Notes under the pieces: generated by a model
Seen by the model: only the letters and a program-made list of their open reading frames with translations
Told to the model about the DNA's origin: nothing
The model's database searches: none
Origin: Flavobacteriaceae bacterium
GTDB lineage: Bacteria; Bacteroidota; Bacteroidia; Flavobacteriales; Flavobacteriaceae
Direction: 5' to 3'
DNA: 64,000 nt
NCBI GenBank assembly: GCA_041689245.1
Contig: JBDNGO010000115.1
Span: 2,085 to 66,084 of the forward strand
Part shown: positions 39,771 through 50,451 of the stretch, in pieces
Layout: the number at the start of each line of letters is the position of its first letter
How positions within the stretch are numbered: the first letter of the stretch is position 1
Made by a program: the position numbers and the translations under genes

Positions 39771-40172
39771 ATGAAGCAAACTTTAGGAAAGCAGGAGCGC
39801 TTAAAAAGCAAAACGCTTATTGGAAAATTATATAAAGAAGGAAAATCTGTAAAGAGTTTTCCTTTAAGACTAGTGTATATACAAACTGAGCACACTTCAA
39901 AATATCCGGCGCAAGTTGGCGTTTCTGTTCCTAAGAGAAATTTTAAAAATGCTGTTGATAGAAATCGCTTAAAAAGATTGTTGCGAGAAACATATCGTAA
40001 GCAAAAACAAATTGTTTACAATACTATTGAGAAACCCTTTGTGTATATGATTTCTTATATAGGTAAAGAAGAGGTTACGTATGCTGAAATCGAATTAAAA
40101 ATGGAAAAGCTTTTAAAAGCATTTATAGAACAAATTAAAACAACTAAAGATGAAAAAAAACATCAAGAATAA
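39771..40172 (+). CDS. rnpA: Ribonuclease P protein component
   Basis: Small basic protein with the RNR-like motif AVDRNRLKRLLRETYR. The ORF is open from 39753. Confidence 0.85.
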   Translation: MKQTLGKQERLKSKTLIGKLYKEGKSVKSFPLRLVYIQTEHTSKYPAQVGVSVPKRNFKNAVDRNRLKRLLRETYRKQKQIVYNTIEKPFVYMISYIGKEEVTYAEIELKMEKLLKAFIEQIKTTKDEKKHQE

Positions 40173-41793
40173 AACAATTGTTGCTTTACTAATTGCAATT
40201 GTTTTTGTTTCGTTTTCATTCCAATCAAAATTTTTTGAGGTTGCAAAACAGATCGAAATTTACACAACATTATTCAAAGAATTGAATATGTACTATGTAA
40301 ACGAAATAAATCCCGCAGAATTGACAACTCGCGCGTTGAAAAACACCTTAAAAGATTTAGATCCGTATACAAATTACTTTAACGAACAAGATGTTGAAGC
40401 TGCTAAAATACGTCGTGAAGGAGAATATGGCGGAATCGGAGCTTCTATAAATTACAGAGATAAATTACCTTTAATTATTAGTGTTTACAAAGGGTATACA
40501 GCAGATAAGGCGGGGCTGAAACCTGGAGATATTATTACAAAAATTGATAATCAGACTTTAGAAGAATTAGAAAGAGAAGACCCTTCTAGTTTGTTGCTTG
40601 GAATTCCGGATAGCCCAATTTCTATGGAAATTATTAGAAAAGGAAAAAAAATTCAATTTGATTTAAAAAGAGAAAAAATTGAAATAAACCCAGTTCCTTT
40701 TTTTAAGAAAATAGACAAGGAAACAGGCTACATTGTTTTAACAAGGTTTAATGAAAAAGCTTCTTCAGAAGTTAAAAAAGCGTTCGAAAGTTTAAAAGAA
40801 GAAGGCATCAAAAGTTTAATTCTTGACTTGCGCTCAAATCCTGGAGGTTCTTTATCTGAATCTATTCGAATTTCTAATTTTTTTATCCCGAAAGGAAAAG
40901 TAATTGTTTCTACAAAAGCAAAAGTTAAAAAATGGAGCAATACCTATACAGGAAAAGAGAATCCGTTAGATTTAGAAATACCGATTGTTGTTTTAATAAA
41001 TGGAAGCTCAGCTTCAGCATCAGAAATTGTAACTGGCGCATTGCAAGATTATGATAGAGCCGTTGTAATGGGAAAACGTTCTTTCGGAAAAGGATTGGTA
41101 CAACGCTACAGAACATTAAGTTATGGAACCCAATTAAAAGTAACCATTTCTAAATATTATACTCCGAGCGGAAGATGTATTCAAGAATTAGATTACGCAA
41201 ATAGAGACGCTAAAACAGGAAAAACCCCTAAGTTTTCAGATTCAGGAATCAATGAATTTACAACTCAAAACGGAAGAAAAGTATTTGATGGTGGTGGAAT
41301 TATTCCGGATATTACAACTGAAAATGAAACTTTAACAGAAGAAACAAAAGTATTATTAGACTCTAGAGCATTATTTGATTTTGCAATCGATTTTAATAAC
41401 AACAACAAAACGATTTCTTCTGCAAAAGATTTTAGATTTACAGATAGTAACTTTAAACAATTTCAGGTTTTTTTAAAAACCGATACAATGTTTCTTTCAA
41501 AAGAAGAAGTGTCATTTACAAAAGCGTATAAATTCTTAAATGATTCTCAAAACAGGAAAATAAAAAAAGAGTATTTTATAATAATGAACACCTTAAAAAC
41601 TGAAAAAATTAACGGTTTAGAGAGCAATAAGGAGTTTTTAAAAAACGAGTTAAAAGAGATGATATTAGATCAATATTATTATCAAGAAGGGGTTTACGAA
41701 AATAAATTGATATCAGATAAAACAGTGCTAGAGGCCGTTAAATTATTAAAAAACCCAACAAAGTACAATCAGATATTATCTGGTGAAAAGTAA
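40150..41793 (+). CDS. S41-family C-terminal processing peptidase
   Basis: PDZ segment (GLKPGDIITKIDNQ). Catalytic blocks LILDLRSNPGGSL, VVLINGSSASASEIV and GKRSFGKGLVQ. Confidence 0.88.
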   Translation: MKKNIKNKTIVALLIAIVFVSFSFQSKFFEVAKQIEIYTTLFKELNMYYVNEINPAELTTRALKNTLKDLDPYTNYFNEQDVEAAKIRREGEYGGIGASINYRDKLPLIISVYKGYTADKAGLKPGDIITKIDNQTLEELEREDPSSLLLGIPDSPISMEIIRKGKKIQFDLKREKIEINPVPFFKKIDKETGYIVLTRFNEKASSEVKKAFESLKEEGIKSLILDLRSNPGGSLSESIRISNFFIPKGKVIVSTKAKVKKWSNTYTGKENPLDLEIPIVVLINGSSASASEIVTGALQDYDRAVVMGKRSFGKGLVQRYRTLSYGTQLKVTISKYYTPSGRCIQELDYANRDAKTGKTPKFSDSGINEFTTQNGRKVFDGGGIIPDITTENETLTEETKVLLDSRALFDFAIDFNNNNKTISSAKDFRFTDSNFKQFQVFLKTDTMFLSKEEVSFTKAYKFLNDSQNRKIKKEYFIIMNTLKTEKINGLESNKEFLKNELKEMILDQYYYQEGVYENKLISDKTVLEAVKLLKNPTKYNQILSGEK

Positions 41794-41807
41794 GATATAT
41801 AAATTAG

Positions 41808-41815
41808 TATCTTTG
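41808..41815 (+). promoter_or_regulatory. TAnnTTTG (-7) box upstream of the PNP-fold gene
   Basis: TATCTTTG ends 27 nt before the ATG at 41843. It lies just after the stop of the S41 peptidase gene. Confidence 0.35.
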
Positions 41816-41842
41816 AACTACTTAAAAAAGCAAGAAACTATA

Positions 41843-43507
41843 ATGAAAGAAAGAACGAGAGCGCAAGAATCTACAGGAGCAATAGAAAGGTTATACATTT
41901 CTATGCGTCATTTATTTAGTAGAGGTTTTTATAAACCGATGGGAATTTCTGGAGAAACAGTAAGAAAATCATTACTCTTATTAAGACCAGAAATTTATGG
42001 TTCTATTGCCGAAGAAAAAGTAGAACTAAACGGGTTAATTTATATCATAGAAAGATTACCAGAAGGAATTGAAGAATGTCAATTCATTAATTTAACAGCA
42101 GATGAAGGGTATAAACAATCTCATTTTAAAGCGATTATTCCATCAAAAAGAAGAAGAAATTGTTATCGAATAGATAAGGATCAAATGAACATAGAAATTA
42201 CTCGTGGTCGATCTGAAATCTATGACATTTTAACGCACCTTACGTTCTTATTTATAGAATCTCATAAAATAAAAGACAAAGTATTAATAAATGAGGGAAA
42301 AGATTGTATTAGGGAATGGAAAACACTAAAAGAGATTGTCTTATTTGATAAAAAAATAACCAAAGATGAAAGAGAAGTTACCATTGCTCATTTAGGAACC
42401 ATTTTAGGAAGAACCTATGAAGAAGTGTCAAAAATTTATGCTACTTTTTCTACAGAAAAAAACCCAGATAGGTTTTTTCAACTAATTTATTGGTTAGGAC
42501 AATTAGCGATTAACGAAGCGTTAGAAAACAAAAAGAGAGTTGTAACATTCAGTTCGGTTTTAAACGAACAAATTGGCCAACATATTTATGGTGAAATTTG
42601 GGCAGACAACATTAAAAAAATCCTTCAAGAAAATAATTTATTAGAAAGACCAATACATATCATTAGCGCAAATATGCACAGCGTTATGAATTCAATTTAT
42701 GCTCAAGCAGCGATTCCTAATGAATCTAAAAAGAACAAGGGATTTAAATTATTCGAATTATTAAGCAGCGAAAACAGTAAAGAATTTCAGGTAAAAGTTA
42801 AAAACTACGCATCAAAAAACGGATTAATTTATGTGAAAGATAATTCTGGGACTAACATAAACGTTCAGATTATAGATACAGAGAAAATTGCTTTTAATAC
42901 TACAGATTATACAAAGGTCAATTCTAAAAATAAAAAACCGGTACTTGTTGTCATGGATTATGCGTTTGGGGAACAAGCCTATGAAACAATGGATGAATTA
43001 TTGAAACCTTATATTACAGAAAACAATACAATACATTTAAATGTAGAGTCTATTTCTATTATGGGAAAAGCCGGAATTTTAGAAGGAGGAAAAGGAGATA
43101 TTATGATCCCGTCTTCACACATTTTTGAAGGAACAGCAGATAATTACCCGTTTAAAAATGAGTTATCCAAAGAAGATTTAGAAGGTTTTGGAGTACGATC
43201 TTTTGATGGAGCAATGATTTCTGTTTTAGGAACATCGCTTCAAAATAAAGACGTTTTAAAATTCTTTCACGATTCTACTTGGAATGTAATTGGGTTAGAA
43301 ATGGAAGGAGCACATTATCAAAAAGCGATTCAAGCTGCTTCAAAAATCAGAGGAAATATATCAGAAAACGTAAAAGTTCGTTATGCATATTATGCATCAG
43401 ATAATCCTTTAGAAACAGGAGCAACATTGGCTTCTGGCGGATTAGGAATGTCTGGAGTTACACCAACTTATGCAATTACACAAAAAATATTAGAGCAAAT
43501 ATTTTAA
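41843..43507 (+). CDS. Uncharacterised protein: novel ~350-aa N-terminal region plus C-terminal nucleoside-phosphorylase (PNP/UDP, AMP-nucleosidase-like) fold
   Basis: The C-terminal ~200 aa shows the strand and motif order of the PNP_UDP_1 fold: PVLVVMDYAFGEQA, SIMGKAGIL, GDIMIPSS, VLGTSLQNKD and the hallmark GLEMEGA. The N-terminal part matches nothing I recognise. A TAnnTTTG box at 41808-41815 supports the ATG at 41843 over the GTG at 41783. Confidence 0.5.
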   Translation: MKERTRAQESTGAIERLYISMRHLFSRGFYKPMGISGETVRKSLLLLRPEIYGSIAEEKVELNGLIYIIERLPEGIEECQFINLTADEGYKQSHFKAIIPSKRRRNCYRIDKDQMNIEITRGRSEIYDILTHLTFLFIESHKIKDKVLINEGKDCIREWKTLKEIVLFDKKITKDEREVTIAHLGTILGRTYEEVSKIYATFSTEKNPDRFFQLIYWLGQLAINEALENKKRVVTFSSVLNEQIGQHIYGEIWADNIKKILQENNLLERPIHIISANMHSVMNSIYAQAAIPNESKKNKGFKLFELLSSENSKEFQVKVKNYASKNGLIYVKDNSGTNINVQIIDTEKIAFNTTDYTKVNSKNKKPVLVVMDYAFGEQAYETMDELLKPYITENNTIHLNVESISIMGKAGILEGGKGDIMIPSSHIFEGTADNYPFKNELSKEDLEGFGVRSFDGAMISVLGTSLQNKDVLKFFHDSTWNVIGLEMEGAHYQKAIQAASKIRGNISENVKVRYAYYASDNPLETGATLASGGLGMSGVTPTYAITQKILEQIF

Positions 43508-43534
43508 AAAGTACAACAAACTAAACAAACAAAA

Positions 43535-44569
43535 ATGGCTAAAGAATCACACCCTAAAGAAGACATAGAGTTAGGATCGTTATTTATCATTATTGGAAAA
43601 GGATTCTCCAATATATTTACTTTTATAGCAACTATTTTTAAAGGGACTTATCACCTACTAATTTTACTTTTGTTGTTTATAAAAAACAATTTAGTTAAGC
43701 TTGCCCTTGCGGCAATTCTTGGTGGAGCTGTCGGAACATTTTTTCAATTTAAAAAAGTACCAACTTATGGGTCAGATTTACAAGTACAACCTAATTTTAA
43801 AAGTTCTCGTCAGTTGTATAATAACGTAAATTATTATAATGATTTGGTAAAGCAAAAAGATACAGTTTCTTTAGCATCAGCATTTGGTATTTCAACAGAA
43901 ACTGCCGCTACACTTAAGAGGTTTCAAATTTATCCTATAAAAAACGGAAATGATTTATTAACATCTTATGATGATTTAATTTTATCTATAGATACATTAA
44001 CTGCAAAAAGTTATTCGTTTGATGTGTTTAAAACCACTTTTACAGATTATGATTATAGAATTCACAATATTCATGTGGCTGCAACCAAAAATGATGTTTT
44101 TTCTGAGTTAGATGAAGTAATAATTTCATCTGTAGTAAACAATAAATTCTTTAACAAAGTAAAAAAACTAACAAACGAAAACTTAAACAGAACAGACTCG
44201 TTGTTACGCCAAAATTTAACTCAAATAGATTCTTTAAGAAAAGTCTATATGGCAGTGTTACTTGAGGAAGCAAAAAAGAATCAAACAGGGACAAGCATAG
44301 ATTTAGGCGGCACAAAAAAAACAACCAAAGAGCTAGAGCTGTTTGAAACAAGCAGAAAGATAAATAATGATTTAGAGGATATCTCAAAAAGTAAATCTGA
44401 AAAATCTGAAGTTCTAAATGTTATTTCTAATTTTCAGCCTATTGGTTATGAAATTAAAGGAATTGATAATAATTATGGAGTTCAAATAGCATTTTTAGGA
44501 ATTGTTTTAATGGTGCTATTTTTATTCTTAAAACACGTAAATAAGTACCTAAACAACTACAAAAAATAG
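43535..44569 (+). CDS. Bitopic/polytopic membrane protein with Wzz-like (chain-length determinant) layout; function unproven
   Basis: An N-terminal hydrophobic region is followed by ...KVPTYGSDLQVQPNF, then a ~230-aa helical/coiled segment and a C-terminal TM helix (IAFLGIVLMVLFLFL). It sits directly upstream of rfbB. Confidence 0.35.
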   Translation: MAKESHPKEDIELGSLFIIIGKGFSNIFTFIATIFKGTYHLLILLLLFIKNNLVKLALAAILGGAVGTFFQFKKVPTYGSDLQVQPNFKSSRQLYNNVNYYNDLVKQKDTVSLASAFGISTETAATLKRFQIYPIKNGNDLLTSYDDLILSIDTLTAKSYSFDVFKTTFTDYDYRIHNIHVAATKNDVFSELDEVIISSVVNNKFFNKVKKLTNENLNRTDSLLRQNLTQIDSLRKVYMAVLLEEAKKNQTGTSIDLGGTKKTTKELELFETSRKINNDLEDISKSKSEKSEVLNVISNFQPIGYEIKGIDNNYGVQIAFLGIVLMVLFLFLKHVNKYLNNYKK

Positions 44570-44572
44570 TTG

Positions 44573-45586
44573 ATGAAAACAATATTAATTACTGGCGGAG
44601 CAGGATTTATTGGCGCAAATTTTATTCCTTATTTTTTAGATAAAAATGAAAAGGTTAAGGTTGTAAATTTAGATGCATTAACGTATGCAGGAGATTTAGA
44701 AAATCTTAAGGAATTAAACTCACATTCAAGATGTATTTTTGAAAAAGGAAATATTTGTGATAGAAATTTTATTGAAAATGTATTTAGTAAATACACTATT
44801 TCTGGGGTCATACATTTTGCAGCAGAATCTCATGTAGATAATTCAATCAAAAACCCAGATGCGTTTATTCAGACGAATATTAACGGAACATTTAATTTGT
44901 TAGATGTTGCAAAAAAATTCTGGATGGATGCTCCAAACTTGTATAAAAAAGAATATGATAACGCTCGTTTTCATCATATTTCTACAGATGAAGTTTTTGG
45001 TACTTTAGAAGCAACGGGCTTATTTACAGAGGAAACAACTTACGCACCAAACAGTCCATATAGCGCATCAAAAGCAGCATCCGATTTTATAGTTAGAAGC
45101 TATTTTCATACGTACGGAATGAACGTTGTTACAACCAATTGCTCTAATAATTATGGACCAAAACAACATAATGAAAAACTGATTCCAACGATTATTAGAA
45201 AAGCTATTTCAGGAGAAAGTATTCCTATTTATGGTGATGGAAAAAACATAAGAGATTGGTTGTACGTTTTAGATCATTGTAAAGGAATTGAGTTGACTTA
45301 TCAAAAGGGGAATTCAGGAGAAACCTATAATATTGGAGGAAAAAATGAACGAAATAATCTACAGATAGCACATAAAATTTGTGACATTTTAGATTTAATC
45401 TCTCCAAAAGCAACATCGTATAAAGAACAAATTACGTTTGTAAAAGACAGACCAGGACACGATTTTAGGTACGCAATTGATGCCTCAAAAATTGAAAACG
45501 AATTAGGTTGGATTGCAGAAGAAAACTTTGAAACCGGAATAAAAAAAACCATTGAATGGTATTTAAATAAATACAATACACAATGA
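44573..45586 (+). CDS. rfbB: dTDP-glucose 4,6-dehydratase
   Basis: [11 protein letters not shown], the YSASKAA catalytic triad region, NCSNNYGP and [11 protein letters not shown]. Confidence 0.93.
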   Translation: MKTILITGGAGFIGANFIPYFLDKNEKVKVVNLDALTYAGDLENLKELNSHSRCIFEKGNICDRNFIENVFSKYTISGVIHFAAESHVDNSIKNPDAFIQTNINGTFNLLDVAKKFWMDAPNLYKKEYDNARFHHISTDEVFGTLEATGLFTEETTYAPNSPYSASKAASDFIVRSYFHTYGMNVVTTNCSNNYGPKQHNEKLIPTIIRKAISGESIPIYGDGKNIRDWLYVLDHCKGIELTYQKGNSGETYNIGGKNERNNLQIAHKICDILDLISPKATSYKEQITFVKDRPGHDFRYAIDASKIENELGWIAEENFETGIKKTIEWYLNKYNTQ

Positions 45587-46437
45587 AAGGAATCATATTA
45601 GCAGGAGGATCAGGAACACGGTTACACCCAATTACACTCGCCATTAGCAAGCAATTAATGCCTGTTTTTGATAAACCAATGATTTATTATCCTTTATCAA
45701 CATTAATATCGGCAGGAATTAATGAAATTTTAATCATCTCTACGCCGCAAGATTTACCGCTTTTTAAAAGATTGTTGGGCGATGGGAAAAAATACGGATG
45801 TAAATTTGAATATACAGCTCAAGAACAGCCTAACGGGTTGGCAGAAGCATTTATTTTAGGAGAAGAATTTATAGGAAATGATAAAGTTGCATTGATACTA
45901 GGAGATAATATTTTTTACGGAACGGGATTGTCTAAATTATTAAAAGAAAATGATAATCCAGATGGCGGAATTGTGTACGCATATCATGTTCATGATCCTG
46001 AAAGATATGGTGTTGTTGAGTTTGATGAAAACGGGAATGCAATTTCAATAGAAGAAAAACCAATTAAACCAAAATCAAATTATGCAGTTCCGGGGATTTA
46101 TTTTTATGATAATGAAGTGGTAAAAATTGCAAAAAACATTAAGCCAAGCCACAGAGGAGAACTAGAGATTACAGATATTAATAAATCGTATTTAGAAAGA
46201 GGAAAACTAAATGTTAGTATCTTAGACAGAGGAACAGCTTGGTTAGATACCGGTACATTCGATTCTTTAATGCAAGCATCGCAATTTGTTCAAGTGATAG
46301 AGGAAAGACAAGGATTAAAAGTTGGCTCTATTGAAGAAGCTGCTTATAGAAGTGGGTTTATTTCTAGAGAGCAATTACAGAAATTAGCAGAACCCTTATT
46401 AAAAAGTGGTTATGGAAAACATTTAGAAGGAATTTAA
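45583..46437 (+). CDS. rfbA: Glucose-1-phosphate thymidylyltransferase
   Basis: [18 protein letters not shown]...[18 protein letters not shown] and LEITDIN. 284 aa. Confidence 0.95.
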   Translation: MKGIILAGGSGTRLHPITLAISKQLMPVFDKPMIYYPLSTLISAGINEILIISTPQDLPLFKRLLGDGKKYGCKFEYTAQEQPNGLAEAFILGEEFIGNDKVALILGDNIFYGTGLSKLLKENDNPDGGIVYAYHVHDPERYGVVEFDENGNAISIEEKPIKPKSNYAVPGIYFYDNEVVKIAKNIKPSHRGELEITDINKSYLERGKLNVSILDRGTAWLDTGTFDSLMQASQFVQVIEERQGLKVGSIEEAAYRSGFISREQLQKLAEPLLKSGYGKHLEGI

Positions 46438-46982
46438 TGCAAGTAACAGAAACAAAATTAAAAGGCTGTTTTATTATAGAACCAACAATTTTTGGAGACC
46501 AAAGAGGGTATTTTTTTGAAAGCTTTAATAAAGAGCAATTTAAAAAAAAAACAGGAATAGAAATAGAATTTATTCAAGATAATGAAGCGTTTTCTAACAA
46601 AGGAATTTTGCGGGGCCTACACTTTCAAAAAGAAGAATTTGCACAAGCTAAATTAGTTCGTGTTGTAAGAGGAAAAGTTTTAGATGTAGTTGTAGATGTA
46701 AGACCAAATTCTAAAACTTACGGGGAAACAGTATCGTGTATTTTATCAGAAGAAAATAAAAAACAACTATTTGTTCCAAGAGGTTTTGCTCACGGATATT
46801 CGGTATTAGAAGACAATACCATTTTTATATATAAATGCGATAATTTTTATCAAGCAAAATCAGAAGGAGGAATTATTTATAACGATAAAACATTAAATAT
46901 TGATTGGATGCTTTCTGAGGATGAAATAGTAGTATCAGACAAAGATAAAGTGCTAAAATCGTTTAACGAATTAGAAATTTAA
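46437..46982 (+). CDS. rfbC: dTDP-4-dehydrorhamnose 3,5-epimerase
   Basis: FGDQRGYFFESF, LRGLHFQ, AKLVRVVRGKVLDVVVDVR and PRGFAHGY. 181 aa. Confidence 0.93.
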   Translation: MQVTETKLKGCFIIEPTIFGDQRGYFFESFNKEQFKKKTGIEIEFIQDNEAFSNKGILRGLHFQKEEFAQAKLVRVVRGKVLDVVVDVRPNSKTYGETVSCILSEENKKQLFVPRGFAHGYSVLEDNTIFIYKCDNFYQAKSEGGIIYNDKTLNIDWMLSEDEIVVSDKDKVLKSFNELEI

Positions 46983-46985
46983 AAA

Positions 46986-48101
46986 GTGAAAAAAACTGCT
47001 TTAATAACGGGAATTACAGGGCAAGATGGATCGTACTTAACAGAACTTTTATTAGAAAAAGGATATGAAGTTCATGGAATAAAACGAAGAGCTTCTAGTT
47101 TTAATACACAAAGAATAGATCATTTGTATCAAGATCCTCATGCAGAAAAAAGAAACCTTTTTTTGCATTATGGAGACATGACGGATAGCACAAACTTAAT
47201 TCGAATTATTCAAGAAGTTCAACCTGATGAAATTTACAATTTAGCAGCGATGAGTCACGTTCACGTTTCTTTTGATACACCAGAATATACCGCAAATGTT
47301 GATGGCCTAGGAACGTTAAGATTATTGGAAGCAATACGTATTCTAAAATTAGAAAAGAAGACTAAAATTTATCAAGCTTCTACATCAGAATTGTATGGTA
47401 AAACTCAAGAAGTTCCACAAACAGAAACCACGCCTTTTTATCCAAGAAGTCCTTATGGTGTTGCAAAAATTTATGCATATTGGATTACTGTAAATTATAG
47501 AGAAGCATATAATATTTTTGCTTGTAACGGAATTTTATTTAACCATGAATCTCCAGTTAGAGGGGAAACATTTGTAACTAGAAAAATCACAAGAGCCGCT
47601 TCTAAAATAGCTTTAGGATTACAAGAAAAATTATTTTTAGGAAACCTAGACGCAAAAAGAGATTGGGGTCACGCAAAAGATTATGTGCGAATGATGTGGA
47701 TGATTTTACAAGCGGATGAGCCAGAAGATTGGGTAATTGCTACCGGTAAAACAACTTCGGTCAGAGATATGGTAAAAATGGCTTTTACAGAAGTTGGAAT
47801 AGCATTAGAATTTGTAGGAAAAGGGAAAGAAGAAAAAGGAATTGTAAAAGCCTGCAACAATCCTGATTTTAAAATTGAAACAGGAAAAGAGGTAATTTCT
47901 ATAGATCCACATTATTATAGACCAACAGAAGTAGATTTGTTAATTGGTGATGCCACTAAAGCAAAAGAAAAGCTAGGCTGGACACCAGAATGTTCTTTAG
48001 AAGAATTGATAAAAGAAATGATGCAAAATGATTTACAAATCATGCAAAAAGAGCTTTTTTTAAAAAACTGCGGACATCAAACAAACAACAACTATGAATA
48101 A
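46986..48101 (+). CDS. gmd: GDP-mannose 4,6-dehydratase
   Basis: [49 protein letters not shown] and [22 protein letters not shown] start. Confidence 0.95.
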   Translation: MKKTALITGITGQDGSYLTELLLEKGYEVHGIKRRASSFNTQRIDHLYQDPHAEKRNLFLHYGDMTDSTNLIRIIQEVQPDEIYNLAAMSHVHVSFDTPEYTANVDGLGTLRLLEAIRILKLEKKTKIYQASTSELYGKTQEVPQTETTPFYPRSPYGVAKIYAYWITVNYREAYNIFACNGILFNHESPVRGETFVTRKITRAASKIALGLQEKLFLGNLDAKRDWGHAKDYVRMMWMILQADEPEDWVIATGKTTSVRDMVKMAFTEVGIALEFVGKGKEEKGIVKACNNPDFKIETGKEVISIDPHYYRPTEVDLLIGDATKAKEKLGWTPECSLEELIKEMMQNDLQIMQKELFLKNCGHQTNNNYE

Positions 48102-49158
48102 AGACGCAAAAATATATGTTGCAGGCCATAGAGGTTTAGTTGGAAGCGCGATTGTAAAAAATTTAGAAAAAAAAGGATATATAAATATTCTTACCAAGAC
48201 ACATCAAGAAATAGATTTAACAAATCAGCAACAAACGGCTGATTTTTTTGCGAAGGAAAAACCCGAATATGTGTTTTTAGCGGCAGCAAAAGTTGGAGGA
48301 ATTATAGCAAACAACACCTACAGAGCAGATTTTATATATGGAAATTTGATGGTTCAAAACAATGTGATTCATCAAAGCTATGTGAACGGCGTAAAAAAAT
48401 TATTGTTTTTAGGAAGTACATGTGTTTATCCTAAAAAAGCCAATCAACCCATAAAAGAAACAGCATTATTAACCAATGAATTAGAATACACAAACGAACC
48501 GTATGCAATTGCAAAAATTGCAGGAATTAAGATGTGTGAAAGTTATAATTTGCAATACGAAACTAATTTTTTATCGGTAATGCCAACCAATTTGTACGGG
48601 CCAAATGACAATTTTGATTTGGAAAAATCACATGTTTTACCTGCGTTAATTCGTAAAATTCATCTTGCATCTTTATTAGAAAAGAAGAATACTGAAGACG
48701 TTTTAAAAGATTTGAAAGTTGATAGTTTAGATGAAGCAGAAGTTATTTTATCAAAATTTGGAGTGACTTCAAAAAGTGTAGAAATTTGGGGTTCTGGAAA
48801 CCCTAAAAGAGAATTTTTGTGGTCAGAAGATATGGCTGATGCCTGTGTACATATTATGCAAAAAGTAGACTTTAAAGATTTAATTTCTTCTCCCCTTTTG
48901 GGAGATGCCGAAATTAGAAATACACATATAAACATTGGAACGGGAATAGATCTTTCTATTAAAGAGTTAGCAGAGAAAATTAAAAAAATAGTTGGCTTTA
49001 AAGGGGAATTAATTTTTAATACAAGTATGCCAGACGGAATGATGCGTAAAGTTACAGACGTTTCTAAATTGCATAATTTAGGCTGGAAACATACGATTGA
49101 GTTAGAAGAAGGAATTCAGAAATTATATGATTGGTATTTACAAAAAATGCATGAATAG
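48094..49158 (+). CDS. fcl: GDP-L-fucose synthase
   Basis: [21 protein letters not shown] and [11 protein letters not shown]. 354 aa, a long form carrying an internal insertion. Overlaps gmd by 8 nt. Confidence 0.9.
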   Translation: MNKDAKIYVAGHRGLVGSAIVKNLEKKGYINILTKTHQEIDLTNQQQTADFFAKEKPEYVFLAAAKVGGIIANNTYRADFIYGNLMVQNNVIHQSYVNGVKKLLFLGSTCVYPKKANQPIKETALLTNELEYTNEPYAIAKIAGIKMCESYNLQYETNFLSVMPTNLYGPNDNFDLEKSHVLPALIRKIHLASLLEKKNTEDVLKDLKVDSLDEAEVILSKFGVTSKSVEIWGSGNPKREFLWSEDMADACVHIMQKVDFKDLISSPLLGDAEIRNTHINIGTGIDLSIKELAEKIKKIVGFKGELIFNTSMPDGMMRKVTDVSKLHNLGWKHTIELEEGIQKLYDWYLQKMHE

Positions 49159-50443
49159 AAAAAAGATCATATTTAAAAATGTTTCTTTAGGGTTTTTTTA
49201 TAAAATCTTAAATATGGCAATTGTTTTTACAACAATTCCACTTTTATTAAACTACTTAGAAAAAGAACAATACGGAGTTTGGGTAACCATTTTTTCGTTA
49301 GTAAATATTGTTTTTTTTGTAGATGCCGGAATTGGAAATGGCTTAAAAACAAAGCTTTCTGAAGCGCTGAGTTTAAAAAATTTAAAGCTAGCTAAAAGTT
49401 ATATTTCTACAGCCTATATTTCTATTTTTTTTATATCATTAATCGTTTTATGTATTGGTATTGCTTGTGTTTTTTTAATAAATTTTCAAAATTTATTTAA
49501 CACTATAATTCCAGAAAATGAGTTAAAAACAGTATTATTAGTAATATTATTTTTGGTAATTACTAGCTTTGTTTTAAACTTATATAAATCGTTCTATTAC
49601 GCTAATCAGCAAGCATCAAAAGTAGAACTTGCAATGCTTATTTATCAAATAATAGTATTAATTTCAATCACATTTTTATTGTATTTTTTTCCAAGAAAAT
49701 TATTATTTGTTGCTTTGTTTTATGGTTCTGCAAATATTTTTATTGGAATTGTGTTTACTCTTTTATTTTTTAGAAAAAATAAAAAAATTCAGCCATCAAT
49801 TGCGTCTTTTAGTAAAGATAAAGTTAAGGATTTAATGGGTTTAAGTTTGGCTTTTTTTGGAGTTCAATTATGTATGATTGTAATTTTTACAACAGATAAT
49901 TTAATTATTAGCAAATTGTTAGGACCAAGCGAAGTAACAAATTACGATATTGTATATAAGCTTTTTCAAGTAGTAATTACTATTTCTGTAATTGTGCAAG
50001 ATCCTTTTTGGGCATTGTATACAGACGCTTTTCAGAAGAAAGATTTTGAGTGGATTAAAAAAACCATTATTAGGTTAAATAAACTATTTGTAGTTTTTTT
50101 ATTTATAATTATTGGTTTATTTTTTCTATCAAAACCACTCATTAAAATTTGGATTCAAAGAGATTTATTAATCCCAACTAGCTTAATTTTATTTATGTCT
50201 CTATTTGTATTGATACGAGTTTATGGAATTATTTATATGACTTTTTTAAATAGCATTGGCAAAGTAAAGTTACAACTTTGGCTGTATTTTTTTGGAGCAA
50301 TTATAAATATTCCGTTATCAATTTACTTTGTAAAAACGTTTGATTTAGGAAGTAGTGGTGTTATTTTAGGAACCGTTTTTAGTATTTTAAGTTTGTCGAT
50401 AATTTTACCTATACAGACATTTCAAATTTTACAAAAACAATAA
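49151..50443 (+). CDS. wzx: Polysaccharide flippase (Wzx, MOP superfamily)
   Basis: ~430 aa with ~12 TM helices, located next to nucleotide-sugar genes and glycosyltransferases. The start [10 protein letters not shown] overlaps the fcl stop (ATGAATAG). Confidence 0.7.
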   Translation: MNRKKIIFKNVSLGFFYKILNMAIVFTTIPLLLNYLEKEQYGVWVTIFSLVNIVFFVDAGIGNGLKTKLSEALSLKNLKLAKSYISTAYISIFFISLIVLCIGIACVFLINFQNLFNTIIPENELKTVLLVILFLVITSFVLNLYKSFYYANQQASKVELAMLIYQIIVLISITFLLYFFPRKLLFVALFYGSANIFIGIVFTLLFFRKNKKIQPSIASFSKDKVKDLMGLSLAFFGVQLCMIVIFTTDNLIISKLLGPSEVTNYDIVYKLFQVVITISVIVQDPFWALYTDAFQKKDFEWIKKTIIRLNKLFVVFLFIIIGLFFLSKPLIKIWIQRDLLIPTSLILFMSLFVLIRVYGIIYMTFLNSIGKVKLQLWLYFFGAIINIPLSIYFVKTFDLGSSGVILGTVFSILSLSIILPIQTFQILQKQ

Positions 50444-50451
50444 TTATTTAG

